In this document: in pieces, positions 39,622 to 53,928 of the stretch
Numbering within the stretch: the first letter of the stretch is position 1
How the letters are laid out: each line of letters begins with the position of its first letter
Program-made: the position numbers and the translations under genes
NCBI GenBank assembly: GCA_000165425.1
Contig: CT868074.1
Location: 1 to 64,000 of the forward strand
Reading direction: 5' to 3'
Origin: Paramecium tetraurelia
Taxonomy: Eukaryota
Length of the DNA stretch: 64,000 nucleotides
The notes under the pieces: model-generated
What the model saw: only the letters and a program-made list of their open reading frames with translations
What the model was told of the DNA's origin: nothing
Databases searched by the model: none

Positions 39622-41193
39622 TCAATTTATTTGATATATTTTAAATTATTTTGTTTCGTAACTCCAAATCACCAAAAAATTGCCATCATTGGTGATTGTT
39701 CCATAATTAAATCTGGAATGAAAATGAATGGGTTCTCCATAAATTCTTAAAGTATTTGTGTTATCTCGCTTTAGAATGTATACACTTTTATTATGCTTTT
39801 GAATTAAAATCATTTTTTTGTTATTGAATATAGATGGGAATAGTTGAGTTCCATCTTATTTATTCTATTATTGCAATCTAACTTTTAATTCAGGAGCCTC
39901 AATCAATCGTCCATTCTCAATCATAAATATATGTAGAATTCCTTAGTTATCTGATTAGTAAGTAAAAGTCGAATTTGAGATGAAGCAAATTCTGTTTCCA
40001 CAATCTTTCTAAATTCTATCAATTGTACATTAGTAGGACCAATTGTTAGGAGATTGCTTAGACCAAAGAATAATTTTATTATCTTAAGCGCTTGAGATTA
40101 AAAAGGTTGAATCGTTGTTAACACAAATGAATTTGACATTCGATTGGTGCATCTCTAATGATTATTTGAATGATATAGTGTTTTGTTCAATGTTTAGGTT
40201 CCATAACTTAATTTTTGAATCATGACTTAATATAAGTTGATCTTCAGCTGGTGTTAAGATCAAGTTTTAAATATCTCGTTTACCTGTGTAAAGTACTTAA
40301 TTCTGTTGCCATTTATTTAAGCTAACTTGATTCCAACATATAATCTTTTCATCTAATCCCCCAGAGACTAACCAATTCTACCTTTTGCTGAATGTCAAAC
40401 ATTAAACAAAATCAGAATGCCCTTCTAATATTATTCCAGAATCAACCAACTTCTTATCTTAAAAATCCCAAATTTTGATGTTCTCCTCACATCCAGCAGC
40501 CATGATTGAATCGGAATAATTAAATGCTATGGCCCAACAAGATTTCTATTGCTTGATTTCTTAAACTTACGTCTGACCATCATTCTATTTTTTATAATTA
40601 TTAATTTATGTAGAAATTTGGTTGAATATTGTATCAAACTCACTTTATACATCCCAATCCTTTATTATCGTTTATAATGTCAAGGTTATATTGCTGATTT
40701 TTGATGAATAAGAGCGATTCAATTATTAAATCTTATTAGAATCGCTTAGAAACTATTCTTTTAAAATAAAATTCGGAGATTTATTAAGAGTGTCCAGTTC
40801 TTTGATTAAATCGCAATTATTATATTATTCTACCAAACTATCCAATTCACCTTGGAATTAATCAAATTTTGAATTTAAGGAGGAAATTAATTCATAAACT
40901 TTAGATTAGAGAGATTGAGTTTTTTCTTTCATTTTTGCTAGCATCTAATTCATCAAACTAACTAAACTCAAGATCTATTATTATGATTAGCTCTTTAAGT
41001 CCTCCACCCTCTCCCTTGCTTCTGAAATTGACATTGCAAAACAAAGCCCTCTCGAATTCACAATGCATTCATGGCACATCAGTCTTTCATTTCCATGGCA
41101 TCCCTCTTCAACCTTAATTTGAATGATTTGATTTCCTGAATGTTGAGCGCAAAATGAATTAGAAATACCAACATTAATTTTGGATTAGATCAT
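39622..41193 (-). CDS. Cys/His knuckle + coiled coil + WD40 repeats, 523 aa
   Basis: CAQH..RLMCHEC; CWAIAFN..AAGCEENIKIWD; LEGHSDFVQCLTF; GTITNDGNFLVIW. Intronless, 1572 nt. Confidence 0.9.
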
Positions 41194-41273
41194 AATTAAT
41201 ATTTCTATAAATGTAGAAAAATATTCTAATCTATTACGCATTTATGTAAAATAGATTTAAACTTAAATCATAT

Positions 41274-44200
41274 TCAAATTATCAAAAATGCTGTTATCAA
41301 CATAGATATGATCATGGCTATCTTCGTTTCACCTGGATTTTAAGGTGTGGCTCCCTAAAAACAGGCTTCACAATGATTAGTATTGGAATTCCAAGTGTGT
41401 GTTTAGACTGATTTGATAAAACATGCTTTAGATTCTGAAATGGTCTTAGGGTCGCTGGTAGAGCAGTTTCCATTTTGTAACAAGCATATCGTATATTTAG
41501 TACCATCAAAGCTTGGCACTGGATTACAGTTTAAGCCATTTGAAAAAGTTTGGCAAGTTTAATCAACACATGTATTTTAATTCCAATAACAAGATGGATT
41601 GGTATTGCATGTATGCTCATCCTATTCTGCATCTGCACATGAAGAGAATGTTTTACAAGAACCAATTTGAGAGTTTTTTTCATTGGGTTTGAATGCACAA
41701 ATGGTTTATTAGTCACTTTCAATACCTCCTCCTTAACAAGCTGTAAGAGTATTGTAAGTACTGCACTTTGCTTTTGGAATACAATTGGTACCATTTGAAA
41801 CACATTATTTACCAGGTATGAATGTCAAGCAGTTTTGATTACTTTGTTCATGATAAATATCCTGACATTCTTTGACTCTACAAGATTACACTGTACTATT
41901 TCCTTTAATTGGGAGACCAAAAATGCATAGACCATCAGTTCCTTAGTAACAAGAAGATTATCTATAGGAGGAGCAAGTTGATTATTATATGCAAGTAGTT
42001 CCATTGGTAGTGCATGAATTATTTGCTTTGTAACATTCAAGATGGCTTTAATATTGATAATCTTCACAAGTTTTTACTTTGCAATTTGTATCTGTTTAAT
42101 CCCAAGTACAAGGGCCTTCCTTTGAAACATTCAAACATGCATTGGCTGTTTTATACATGGAACATTGTTAAACTACTTCAACGCATTGATACCCGTCAGA
42201 CACACACTCTTAATGATATAATCTACAAATATTATTATCACTAGATTTTAAATCTGAGCAGGCTTTGAAGGATTAGCATTTTTCATTCCATCCGCATTAT
42301 TTGTCTAATCCGTAGACACAGGAATCAAGTTTCTCATATTGAGCACAAAAAGTAATTGGTATACAATTTGATCCATTAGTTGTACAATATTTCGATATGT
42401 TTTGGCATTCTTAAAAGGTTTTGAGTTTGGCATCTTCACATTTAGAATAATTAATGCATGCATTCTAAACCCACAAACAAGGTCCCCTTTTGGAGTGAAT
42501 ACAGGAAATTTAGCTAATATATTCATCACATGAATCTCCAGAGATACAATTAATACCATTTGATAGACATCCATTCAATTATGACTCACACTCAGCAACA
42601 GTTTTACCTTAAAAATCAATACATTTGATGTCTCTACAACCATTTTCTTTGCGATCCCAAATGCATTTTCGTTCTCCATAAGCATAAAGACAGATCTAAA
42701 CTACTTTATAGGTAGAACACCAGCCAAAGGTAATACAGCCCATCCCACTGGTTGTGCATTTCGGATTTAATTAATGACATACACTATGAGATGAAATATC
42801 ATGAGGTAAATCCTCACAATTTTAAGAACGACATTGAGCAGGGTTATCAGTGAATGCACAAATTTCATTTTTTACTTTTGAATTGAAACAACTAGTTTAG
42901 CTAACCTCTTTGATTTAATCACAGCTTTCAAATTATTAATTACAAAAATGAGTCCATGAACATGATGCATTACCCTCACAAGCACTTTAAGTAATTATAT
43001 TATCGCATTGTTTAATAGATGTACATCCATACCCAGTAGTGTAACATGATGGATGATATTTCTAACATTCTATATCAGTTTTCAATGTGTTAGGTGCATC
43101 ATTACAGACCCGTGTTGTGCAACTACTAGTTTTGAAATCATCCATGACTGTTGCTTTACATGGTCCATCAATGGCAATAGCGTTGGCACAACTAATATGA
43201 TTACCCTAGAATTAAGTGCATTGCAATCCATATTTAACACACTTTGATCCATCAAATATACAAGTGATTGAATCAAATCTCTAATTACATGATTAGTTAT
43301 CTACACCATTAATATCACTGCATTCCAATTTCCTACAGGATGTATTCACTCCACTACTAAAGCAAAGATCCTTGCCATAATTTCCTTTAAACTTTAAGCA
43401 AGCATCGTAATTTCCTTGATATTGTGCACATGAAGCTGATTCTTCAATACATCCTGCTCCTTTTGTTCGGCATCCTTTTAGAAAATATGAACACTCTTCA
43501 TCTGAAGTTGCAGTAGTGTTATCTGAACAAATTTTCACTTTACATTTGCTAGTTGATTGATTTGTTACATACCCAGAACAATACACATATTCCTTATCTT
43601 TCAACTATTTGAATTATTCACATTATATTTTAGTACCTCTATATGAAGTACAAGGTTCAGTATTTGGAATACATCCAAGTCCTCTGGTTACACACCCATG
43701 CATGAACTCATTGCATTCAGTGTCTGATTAGGCACTTATATTATCATAACAAATTCGATTTTCACATCTTCCACTAGTTTAACTTGGTTCATTAGATATA
43801 CATTTGTCAACTCCATTCGGGTCCAAGTAATTTCCACATAATTGCTTAGTTGTTCTTATCTAATTACAATCCTGACTCATATCAATACATTTGGTTCCAT
43901 CAGTTTTACAAGTAGATAGGTACTATTGACAATAGAAATCTGTGTAATATTAAACATCACTGCAACTTCTATTTGAACATCCAGTCCCATTCCATTTACA
44001 ATACACTCCACTTACATTTTGTACTTTTTCACACCATAGCTACTATTGCTCAGGATTATCTCCTATTGGCTAATACTAGGAGCATTGTTGTTTTTTAAAG
44101 CATTTTTAGTTGTAATAATAACATCCCTTACTATCATTTAAACAATCATTTATTCCTAAAATATCTTCACATACTTATGGTTTGCATTTTCTGATTTGGG

Positions 44201-47200
44201 TTCCATCTTTACTACAACGAATATTGTTTAATGATTTAACTAATAAGCATTGTGCATCTTCTTGACCTTATTATGGGCCCTTTTGGTTATCTGCATTACC
44301 ATCATATCCTGAACAACTTTTTTACGTCACACAATTATTGCCCCAAAGGTAAGTGCAACTTTATAGGGATTCATCTTACAATTGATTGCAAATTTCCAAT
44401 TTATTTACCACATTTTCAACATTATATGATTCACAAGTATTTACCTTGACACAATAATCACCTCCCATATATGTGCATGGAAAATTTTAATTTCTAACTT
44501 AACTACAAAAGTATTTAGGGTTTTCCTTTGAAACAAGTATTTGACTACAAGTATTCTAGTAATTATAACAAGTTCCTAACAAATAATAGCATGTGGTTTG
44601 GTTTACCATAGTGTTACAATCTAATTGAGATTATGGATTCACTGCGTCTGAGCATTTGGAATCCCTACAATAATTTTCAGTTCCATTATATTTGCATTAA
44701 AATCCTTTGAGATTCTTCTTAACTTAACAAAAATAATATTTATCAGCAATTCCCTTGGGAACTATGTAATTAAAACAAGACTTTTGAATAGATACACATC
44801 TATTTTAAGTGTCACTGAATTAATCATAAGTGCATTTGACGCTTCTATTCTTATTTTTGAACAATTCACAATAACTAATCTTTTCACTGATGGATGACCC
44901 AATTAGCTCCTGGGAAAATGGAACCTTCGAAACATTACTACAGTCATCTTGAGTAGTTATGCTACCAACTGCTATACATTTTCCAAGTAAAAATATACAA
45001 CCTTTGATATGATTATCACAATCACCTTGAGAGTGAGGTGATGGAATGTGTTCACAAGTTCCTGCTTTGCAATTGGTTCCATTATCACTAATGCATTGAG
45101 TAGTTCTTGTTTTATCAGTATGAACTAAGCAAAATGTATCGACATTCGTAGGTTGTTTATCCCAAAATTCTGGAATGGGATCAACTTAAACACATAAATT
45201 ATATGAACTTTCTACACATCCAGTCTTGGCTTAATTGAGAACGCAGTAGTTTTAACCATCTGAAGTTGAAATTAACATACTGTTACAAAAGAGGGATTTC
45301 AAAGAGTCAGAAGTTAACTCAATTGTGAAGAGTACATCATTACATGAAGAAACCGCATTGTAGCATCTTTTATTGTAATAGCCACATTTGTAACCGTATG
45401 CCTCACAGTCTTTGTGAGAAGTTGGATTGTAAATATCTGAACATTAAAGGATATCTTAACAGGTTAATCCATCTGTATATGTACAGGGTATATAGGGACC
45501 ATCTGACTTATTTGATAAATCCACGACTTTCAAACTCCTACAGAAATCCAATTTTTGATTATAGGTTAAAAGAGTAGGGATTGTGTAACTAGAGCAAACA
45601 TAAGCAGTAGTATAGCAACGAGAGTTCTTAGTTTTTTAGCATTGGCCTCCTTTCCATCCCAAGGTGTCATTGCATTATTTTGTATCTGTCGCACTGATTA
45701 TAGTTTCACAGGAATCTTAATAACTGCATTGGGAAAAATAAACAGTGTTGTAAGCGCATTATATTCCTTTAGTGTTTTTGAGTGATACACAGAACTTCCA
45801 CTTCTCTTCAAAGGTTAGTAGATCAAATGGAACCATATAATAAAAGCACTCCGTCAGAGATGCCAAACAAGATGAACCAGCCAACATACAAAATCCACTT
45901 CCGGTGGTTTTCCCTTCCTGAATGAATGAGGAACACCCAGAAATTTACCCATTTACAATTTGTTAGCAAGTCCTTATGGAGCAGAATTATCCTATGTCCC
46001 AGCCACAATACAATCCCATTCGATCTTTAATATTAGCACAATACTAGAATCTTTTTTAATCTGTGTTAGCAGTATTGGGGATTTGATAGCCAGTACAATC
46101 ATTAGCCATTATACAAGGAGTGCCTTTTAGATAAAATCTACAGGTGGATTTATAGTTTGTACATTCCTCAGGAGTGTTAGGACTCGCTATGTCTGAACAT
46201 TGTCTTTATTAACAATTTACTTTTCTGGTACATTACGTCTAAGACCATTAATTATTTATTTGAATTCCCCCATAATAGAGTTAACAAGTTCCATCAGTCC
46301 CAGATTAGTCAGAACATGTTACAGTAGTTTAATCCACACATCCTGTATTCTTTAATAAGCAGTCTTAACGAAATAGATTACAATCTGAGTTCTTCTATGC
46401 TATAGATTTATGATAACATTCTCTCTTCACACACTATCCTTTGGTTGAAGTGCCGAAACAATATTTTTTTGAATTTTGCCCAACTATGGCTTGTTCGCAA
46501 AATAGATCATTTCCATAATAAGATTCACAAGTAGCCTAATTAGGATCTACACACCCTTCTTTGCCATCATAAAGACAACCATTTAAAAACTCTAAGCATT
46601 GCTAATCATTTTCCATTTATTCTGCCACAGAACAAGATTTTACCATACAAAAAGATAGCATATTTGCATGTTTTATATTGTAACATTGGATAGTAGTGAA
46701 ATTCTACTGTGATCCATTTAAGTACCCAAAGAATTGAATACACTTGCTTTAATCGCCTTACATTTGAGAACAACTAGTTCCATATTTAACACATCCTCTT
46801 CCATTAGTAACACACCCTGGAAAGTAATCGTTGCATTCTTGATTAGTTGTCAACTCAACATTATCTTAACATTGTCTAGTAATGCAAGGGGAGTTATCAT
46901 CTGCACTTTCAACATTAGTACAATACCCTAGATATCCAAAACAGGTCTGTTTATTCCCATAGAGTTTGGAACAGTCATATTTATTAATGCATGAGTTTTT
47001 CATATCACTAATACAAATTGACATTTCATTTTTACAATTTATATCGTCTTTATATTACGATCCTATTAATTCATCACAAGTTAACTCTCTACATCCATTT
47101 GCTGTCCAAGTGCATTTTACTGACTCTAGTATTCCATTTAATACTTTCTTAGCCTTTGTATATCTACAAGTAACCTCACTCTTAAACTTAGAACAATCAG

Positions 47201-48704
47201 AACCATCAATACAACCTGACTACCAAAAACACCCTTCAGTGCCTTCACAACTTGTTTAACTAATGGTCTTTTGACATTGTGTCTTCATTATACATCCATC
47301 CCCATTACTCACACAACTTTACTTCCACTCATTACACTTCTAATTAGCAGGAGCTTATTGACAATCTCTTGCTGTACAGAAATTTCCACTTACCCACATA
47401 CAATTCCCATCAGAACCTACAAACTTCAAGCATTTCTCAGAGTCTCCTTCATAGTTTGCACATGATTTCCTGTCTATCTTGTTAACACATCCAAATCCAG
47501 TTGTTACACAATTTATCTAATAGTCATTGCACTCCTCGTCTGTACTATAATTAATAGGTGCTTCATTGCAAACTCTGACCATGCATTGCTGGCGATTCTC
47601 CTTATCCTTCTCATCACCTTTGCACTTACCATCTCTACCCTTATAAGAAAGACATAATTTAATATTTCCTTTATAATTACTACAAAGGTCTAAATTCTAA
47701 ACGCATCCCACTCCATTAGTTATACATTTAGGCTAATATACTCTACACTGTTCATCAGTGCTATAATTTGGAGAGTCCTCACACCTTCTCGCTCTGCAAT
47801 TAGTTCCATCTTGAGTCCCTTCACATTGTCCATCTGATCCAATATATCTTTGGCAACTTGAATTATCTCCGAAATAGGCTGAACACAAAGGCTTAACAGT
47901 CCCAAATATGCATCCCTTTCCATTTGTAATGCAACCCTTCTAATATCTCGAACAATCAGAATCCGTATCATATTCAAATGGAGCGTTTAAGCATTGTTTA
48001 GCTGAACACATTTCGTCTTAGCCTTATTCACAATACCCATCAGAACCAATGTATTAATCACATTTCTTTTCATTACCTCTATAACTTGTACACGGAGGCA
48101 ACGGGGATTCCCAACAACCAATTCCTCTTGTTATGCATCCTTTTAGCCATTAATTGCATTGCTCATCTGTTATTAATTTCTCATCGCTGTCAGAACATTT
48201 ATAATCTCTACAAATATTTTCTATACTATCCCATTTACACATTCTTCTACCGAATAAACTTAGTGAAACATTACATATGTCTACAGGATAATCCTTGCAT
48301 TCTTTAAAGTTAATGCAAGAATTTCCGTCACTTATACATCGATATGAGACTGCTTAGCAATCATCTGTCCTTTAATACCTATATGCTGAACAACCAGCAA
48401 AGATTACACATTTCTTATCAATGTAAGCACAACCATCTGTTAAGTGACAGTTTGTTTCTTATTATGTTATCGATTCACAATAGGACTTATATGTAACATC
48501 AGGATTCTCCTAAGTCAGTTTCTTTTAGCACTTTCCTCCTATTGTGGTTGAATCCTTAATCCACTCACAATCTTATTGATCCTGTTTCCCAATCTCACAA
48601 TCGATCTACGATTTTAATTGGTTGCATTGATTGCATTTATCACTTCGATTGACTTAATAACATGAAGCTATCACTAATAAGCAAAAGAATGCACAAGATT
48701 TCAT
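41274..48704 (-). CDS. Paramecium surface (immobilization) antigen-family protein, ~2476 aa, predicted GPI-anchored
   Basis: Signal peptide MKSCAFFCLLVIASC; dozens of periodic Cys repeats (e.g. CSDNTTATSDEECSYFLKGCRTKGAGCIEESASCAQYQG); hydrophobic tail MIISMLITAFLII. 7431 nt is 2477 codons, consistent with no introns. Confidence 0.92.
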
Positions 48705-48884
48705 AAAATTTAATTTTTATTTTTTATTTAATAGAAGCAAAAATAGGCTCTATCAACCAAGTTTATCTGGATTTTCAAATTTAATATTAATTTTAAAACT
48801 TGTCTCAAATAATTTCATTATATACCCACTTTTAAGAGTCCCATTAAATTAACGTTAATAGAATATAAAAGTTCAAAATTAATA

Positions 48885-51102
48885 TCAATACTCATTTAGT
48901 AATTATCTCCAAATTAAGTTTATGTTTTGAAAATCCCGTAGACGTAGCTCAATAATTGCTTTCTTTAATAATTTCTACTCTCTTAAGGCTTGAACTTAAA
49001 TTTAATTTTTATATAAACCTAACTACGACTAAAATTCTTCTTAATATCCACTATAACTATTATTGACACCTTATTTCCAACACTCAATAACTTATTCGTA
49101 TTTATTTTATTTTTATAAAGCGTTTACTTAACTATTTAAATACTAATACTTTTTAATTGGTAAAACATAATGTTACCCTAATTATTTTCAATTCCTAAAT
49201 CCAAAACTTGCATTATCTCTTTCTCTTTCATTTCTCTGTTGCTTTCCAATAAGTATTTTTCTAAATCTCATACATATTTCATACGTATCTATTTGTAATA
49301 AATCTCTTGATTTGTGTTATTGTTTATTCCACTCATCCAACATTCAAGAACTTCATCTGATCTTCCTAATTAATCTAAAATCTTAGCTAATAAATGTAAT
49401 CAAATAACCCTACCTTTCTTTCTGTAAAAATAATCGTCATAAATATTATTTTAAATCCCTTAATCCCACAACAATATTAATTCATTTATTCTTCCCAATT
49501 TATTTAAAATAATTGCTAACAATATATTCTTGACTACCTTTTTATTTATAATAAAACTTCCTTTGAATATTATTTTAAATTCCTTCATCCCAACACTTTA
49601 AGGCAGACTCAAAGTCTTCTGCCTTTTCTAAAGTATATGCTTTAATAATCAACAAGAATTCATACCTTTTTGTTAATAAAAATATTAATTTTTCTTATTG
49701 TTCTCTATCCCTTTATTCCAGCAATCAACTATTTACTAATATTAGCCTTATATTTCTAACAGATTCACTAAACAAATAATTTCTCCTTTTACCTTCCTCT
49801 TAATAAAATAATTCTGAATTTGTATTAAATTTTATCCCTTAATCCCATAAATCAATAGCCTCTTGTATTCGATCTAGCTTTTGTAGTAAGTATGCTATTC
49901 AATTTTAGAATGTTTAAATGCTACCACATCTTTAATAAAATTTGTAATTATTTTTATTATTATTTATAGCTTGATACCAGCAATTGATCATCTCGTCAAA
50001 TTTTCCAACTCTTTCTAAGAAAGACACTAAAATAATTGAATCATTCTCATACATAATGATTCATAGTAATTGCTACAGCCTTTATTATTCAAGATGGCTT
50101 AATTCCAACAATCTATGATCTCGTCGGTTTTACCTTACTTCTCTAACGCCATAGCTAAAAATTTTATTCTAAAATACCTTTTTAAGTATAGAAGTTTTCA
50201 TTCTAAGTATTGGATTAGATTCCAATGTCCCAACATTCAATCACTTCCTTAAATCTCCCAAAACTCTCTAAAACCTAAGCTAAAAATACTTGTATTATTA
50301 TTTACTTTTTTGTACATAGAACGATAAATCTTTTATATTGTTCTTTATTCCAAACTCCCAACAATCTAATGATTCTTCAATTCTGTCCTATTTTGTTAGT
50401 GCATTGGCTATAAAAATAATAGAAAGTTGAACATTTTTAAATATAAAAGTCGATGTTTTTTTTATTATTTTCAATTCCTTGTTGCCAACATTCAATAACT
50501 TCTTAGAGTCTATTAAACTTATTTAATGCTTATGCTGAAATAATCATAATAAATATCTACCCTTTTTATCATAAAAATAGAAAGCATTCTTATTATAATT
50601 AATTGCTTAATCCCAGCATTATATTACTTAATCTTATCTTCCCAGTCTTTCTAGAATATTTGCTAATAAAATAACTCCAAATAATTTTGTACATTTCTTC
50701 TCATAATTAGATTTGTTCTTTCTGTTCATATGAATAGCGATATTCCAACAACTTATTGCCTCTTCGAATTTATCTAGTTTCTCTAATGCAAAGGCTAATA
50801 ATTAATATATATAGATACAACATTGTTACTCAATTAAATATAATATTATATTGGCATATTCATTTTTTTTACAGTAATAATAAACAGTTCCTTGATACCT
50901 CACAGAATTGGGTAATGCTTAATCTACAAATTTTAAGGTTGCTTACTAAATTATTTTTCGTTGTTTTTCAATGCTACTTCACAGTAAGATAACATTTCTT
51001 GGAACTTCATCTAGTCTTTTAAAGCCTAAACTGAATTATAAGTCTTGAATAATAACTTTCCTCTTCCATTTGAGCAACATTTAGTTGAGATTTAGAATTC
51101 AT
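48885..51102 (-). CDS. TPR-repeat protein, about one 34-aa repeat per exon
   Basis: Repeats of the form A..LEK..R.EEAI.CWD.GI..N.....FY..K. 16 introns of 22-30 nt, with 12 consecutive exons of exactly 102 nt. Confidence 0.88.
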
Positions 51103-51259
51103 TAATATAAGGTTTAATTTATTAACTAATCATTTGGTTAGTATTTTATAAAAGCAATAAAGCAATAAAGTAATAATGAATAAATAAGATAACCATTGGA
51201 TTACAGTTATCATAAAAAACAAAAAATTATATAATAGATTGGTATAGTAAATAATTTTG

Positions 51260-52383
51260 TCAATATTTGATGTCCTTAATTGATTTAATTTATTTAGTAT
51301 TGTATTTTCCTACTAGATTCGAAACAAGAATAATAGTTTTTTCACTTCCATTATTGTTGTGTTCTAAAAGTATTTCTTCAAAATTATCACAATTTGTTAT
51401 TTTTTAAATCTCTGAATCTTCTAGATAACTTTGAGTAGGAGTGCAAAGCGACTACTGTTAATCTAATTTGAATTAAATAATTGAATTATTGGATGCTTAG
51501 ATCATGTGCTTAAATACTTCTCTAATGTATGAATAATCTGGTATTTGATTATAGTGTAATTAATTTATGTAGGACATAAAAACGGAGAAATGATTAAAGG
51601 ATTTGCATTGCAAAATGAGGGTTTTAAAAAAGGTTAACTTTGATTGTTTAATGAGTTCAAAATCCTAAACAGAAAAAGTGTAATATTATTAATGAGACCA
51701 AGGCAAAGTCACTATATTATAAAACAAATAAATTACAGTCTTTTAAATAAAATAATACATATAATAAACTTTCTAGATCGTCTTTATACCCAAGAGGTGA
51801 ACCATCATGGGAAGATCTGCTTGCGAAGTTTAACGATCCGATAAACACATCTTACAAACCTTCTGAGTTCTCTTCGTATAATTGCGATAAACCAAAATCG
51901 ATCAATTGGATGAATCCATCTTTTTCGATATCGGATTCCTTCTCAAATGCTTAAGATATCATTATATTTTCTGGTTTTATGTCAAGATGTAGAATGTTTT
52001 TTTTGTGTACTTGCTCCAATATTTCTATAACTCTTAACCCTATTCTCATAATGGCGCTTTAAGAAACTTTTCTACCCTTTACTAACTCTAACAAATTGCT
52101 ATGTAATAGTGGAAGAACAAAATAACACCTTAATTTGATTATTAACCATAAATTACTTATTTTCTTATGCTACTCCAATTTATTTTATTTTCGGAATTCC
52201 TTCAATTCCTTTTAATTTCTAAAGGACTTTGATTTCGTTCTCTAATTGGCCTAATTGAGGATTTTTTTCTATTTTTATGGCAAATGATTTAGAGCTCGAT
52301 TTTTCCTTGGCCAAATATACCTGATGTTAGGATCCGCATCCAATTTTCGATAGGACGGTGTAGTCTGGGAATTGTATCTACAT
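51260..52383 (-). CDS. Casein kinase 1-like Ser/Thr protein kinase, 356 aa
   Basis: KIGCGSQHQVY, FAIKIE, HLDIKPEN, LIDFGLS, FIGSLNFAS..YKDDLESLLY..LPW..PDYSYIR. Introns of 28 and 25 nt. Confidence 0.93.
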
Positions 52384-52878
52384 AAATATACCAAAATTTA
52401 TAATGGAAAGTTTTAGGAAATAATAATTGGCTATTAAAAAGTGAAATAAAAAGGGGGTGGAATATGTAGTTTTATTTATTTTATTATTAATCTAATACTT
52501 AATGCATTATTAAAAACATCCAGTGAGTATGGTTACCTATAAATTATAGGTCTTGTAATTTTTCTAATCTCCTTAAATTATTTTGCTTACTTTTTATTTT
52601 AAGAATATAATATTAAACTTAGTAATGTAAACCAATATAAAAGTACACAATTATAAAAAATGAAAAATTAGAAAAATTCTAAATTAAATTAGACCATCGT
52701 TATTTAGAACTCTTCGCTTTATTTGCAAAGTAAACATTATATAAATAGACATTTTAATTTTCATTTTTTAGTTAAAATAATAATAATTATTAATTCAAAA
52801 CCATATATTTATCTCAAAAATGAGTTAATTTTTTGAGTATTAAACGTTATATATATTTTAAATTAATTCGATTTTATA

Positions 52879-53928
52879 ATGAAATAGAAAGGAAAAAAAG
52901 GGAGAGAGGACTTGTTGGAGTAACTAAAATCTAATCTAAACATTATGGGTCATAAGATGAGTATTTTAATATAAGGTGCAGACGGATAAATATATTTGAA
53001 GGAACATTTATCATCCAAAGGACATCAACCTTATGATGATCAAACCACAATTCATATCGCTTCTGGATGCAAATGGATTGCCATGACTGTAATAATGAAG
53101 CTAGTTGAATTAGGATTATTAAGTCTTGATACTAAGGTGATCGATATATACCCAGAATTTAAGAGTTCAAATCCTAATTTATTGTTAAAGCATTTGATGA
53201 CTCACACTTCAGGGTATGTTTTAGCAGATGAATGGATATTTGATTTGGATATCTCTTTATAGGAATCTGTTATTGGAATAGCAAAAGGAGGAAAGTACCC
53301 AGCGAGTAAGGTTAGTTTTCAGGGAGGTACTAAAGTTGGCTATAGTGATATTGGAATGTAAATAGCAGGGGGAATGGCAGAAAAAGTGACAGGAAAATCA
53401 TTCCATCAATTATTTAATGAGTTCTTAGCTTAACCTCTAGGAATGTAGAATGCTCAGTTTACAGCTTTTGATGGAGAGAAAGGTTAAAATATTGCAATTG
53501 CTGATGGTTTTTTAGTGAGGATGATTGACTATGGTAATTTTCTACGAATGCTTCTCAATCATGGTTCTTTTAATGGCATACAAATTCTAAAGGCATCAAC
53601 TGTTGAATAAATGCTCTAAGATTACACTGATGACTTGCCTGTATCAGTAAAGGTCATGAAAGAAGTAGTAGGAGAGGTATCGGATTCTTATGGTTTTGGA
53701 ATTGGCTCTTGGGTTTATGATACCAATGATAAGGACGAACCAGTGATCTTTTCGAGTTCTGGCGTGCATGGATTTGAAAATTGGATTGATATTGAGAATG
53801 GATATTTGTGTATATTCTTCCTAAGAGCAGATGTTGAAAAAGAACCATAAATTTCAGATCTTAGTGAATCCATGAGACCTGAAATTTTGGAATTCTACTT
53901 GAAAGAGAGCAAATAAAAAAATAATTGA
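52879..53928 (+). CDS. Beta-lactamase-family (AmpC/CubicO-like) serine hydrolase, 349 aa, intronless
   Basis: SxxK = ASGCK; LLLKHLMTHTSG; YSD triad (GYSDIGMQIAG); PLGM; YGFGIG.W; SSSG in the H/KTG position. Confidence 0.92.
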
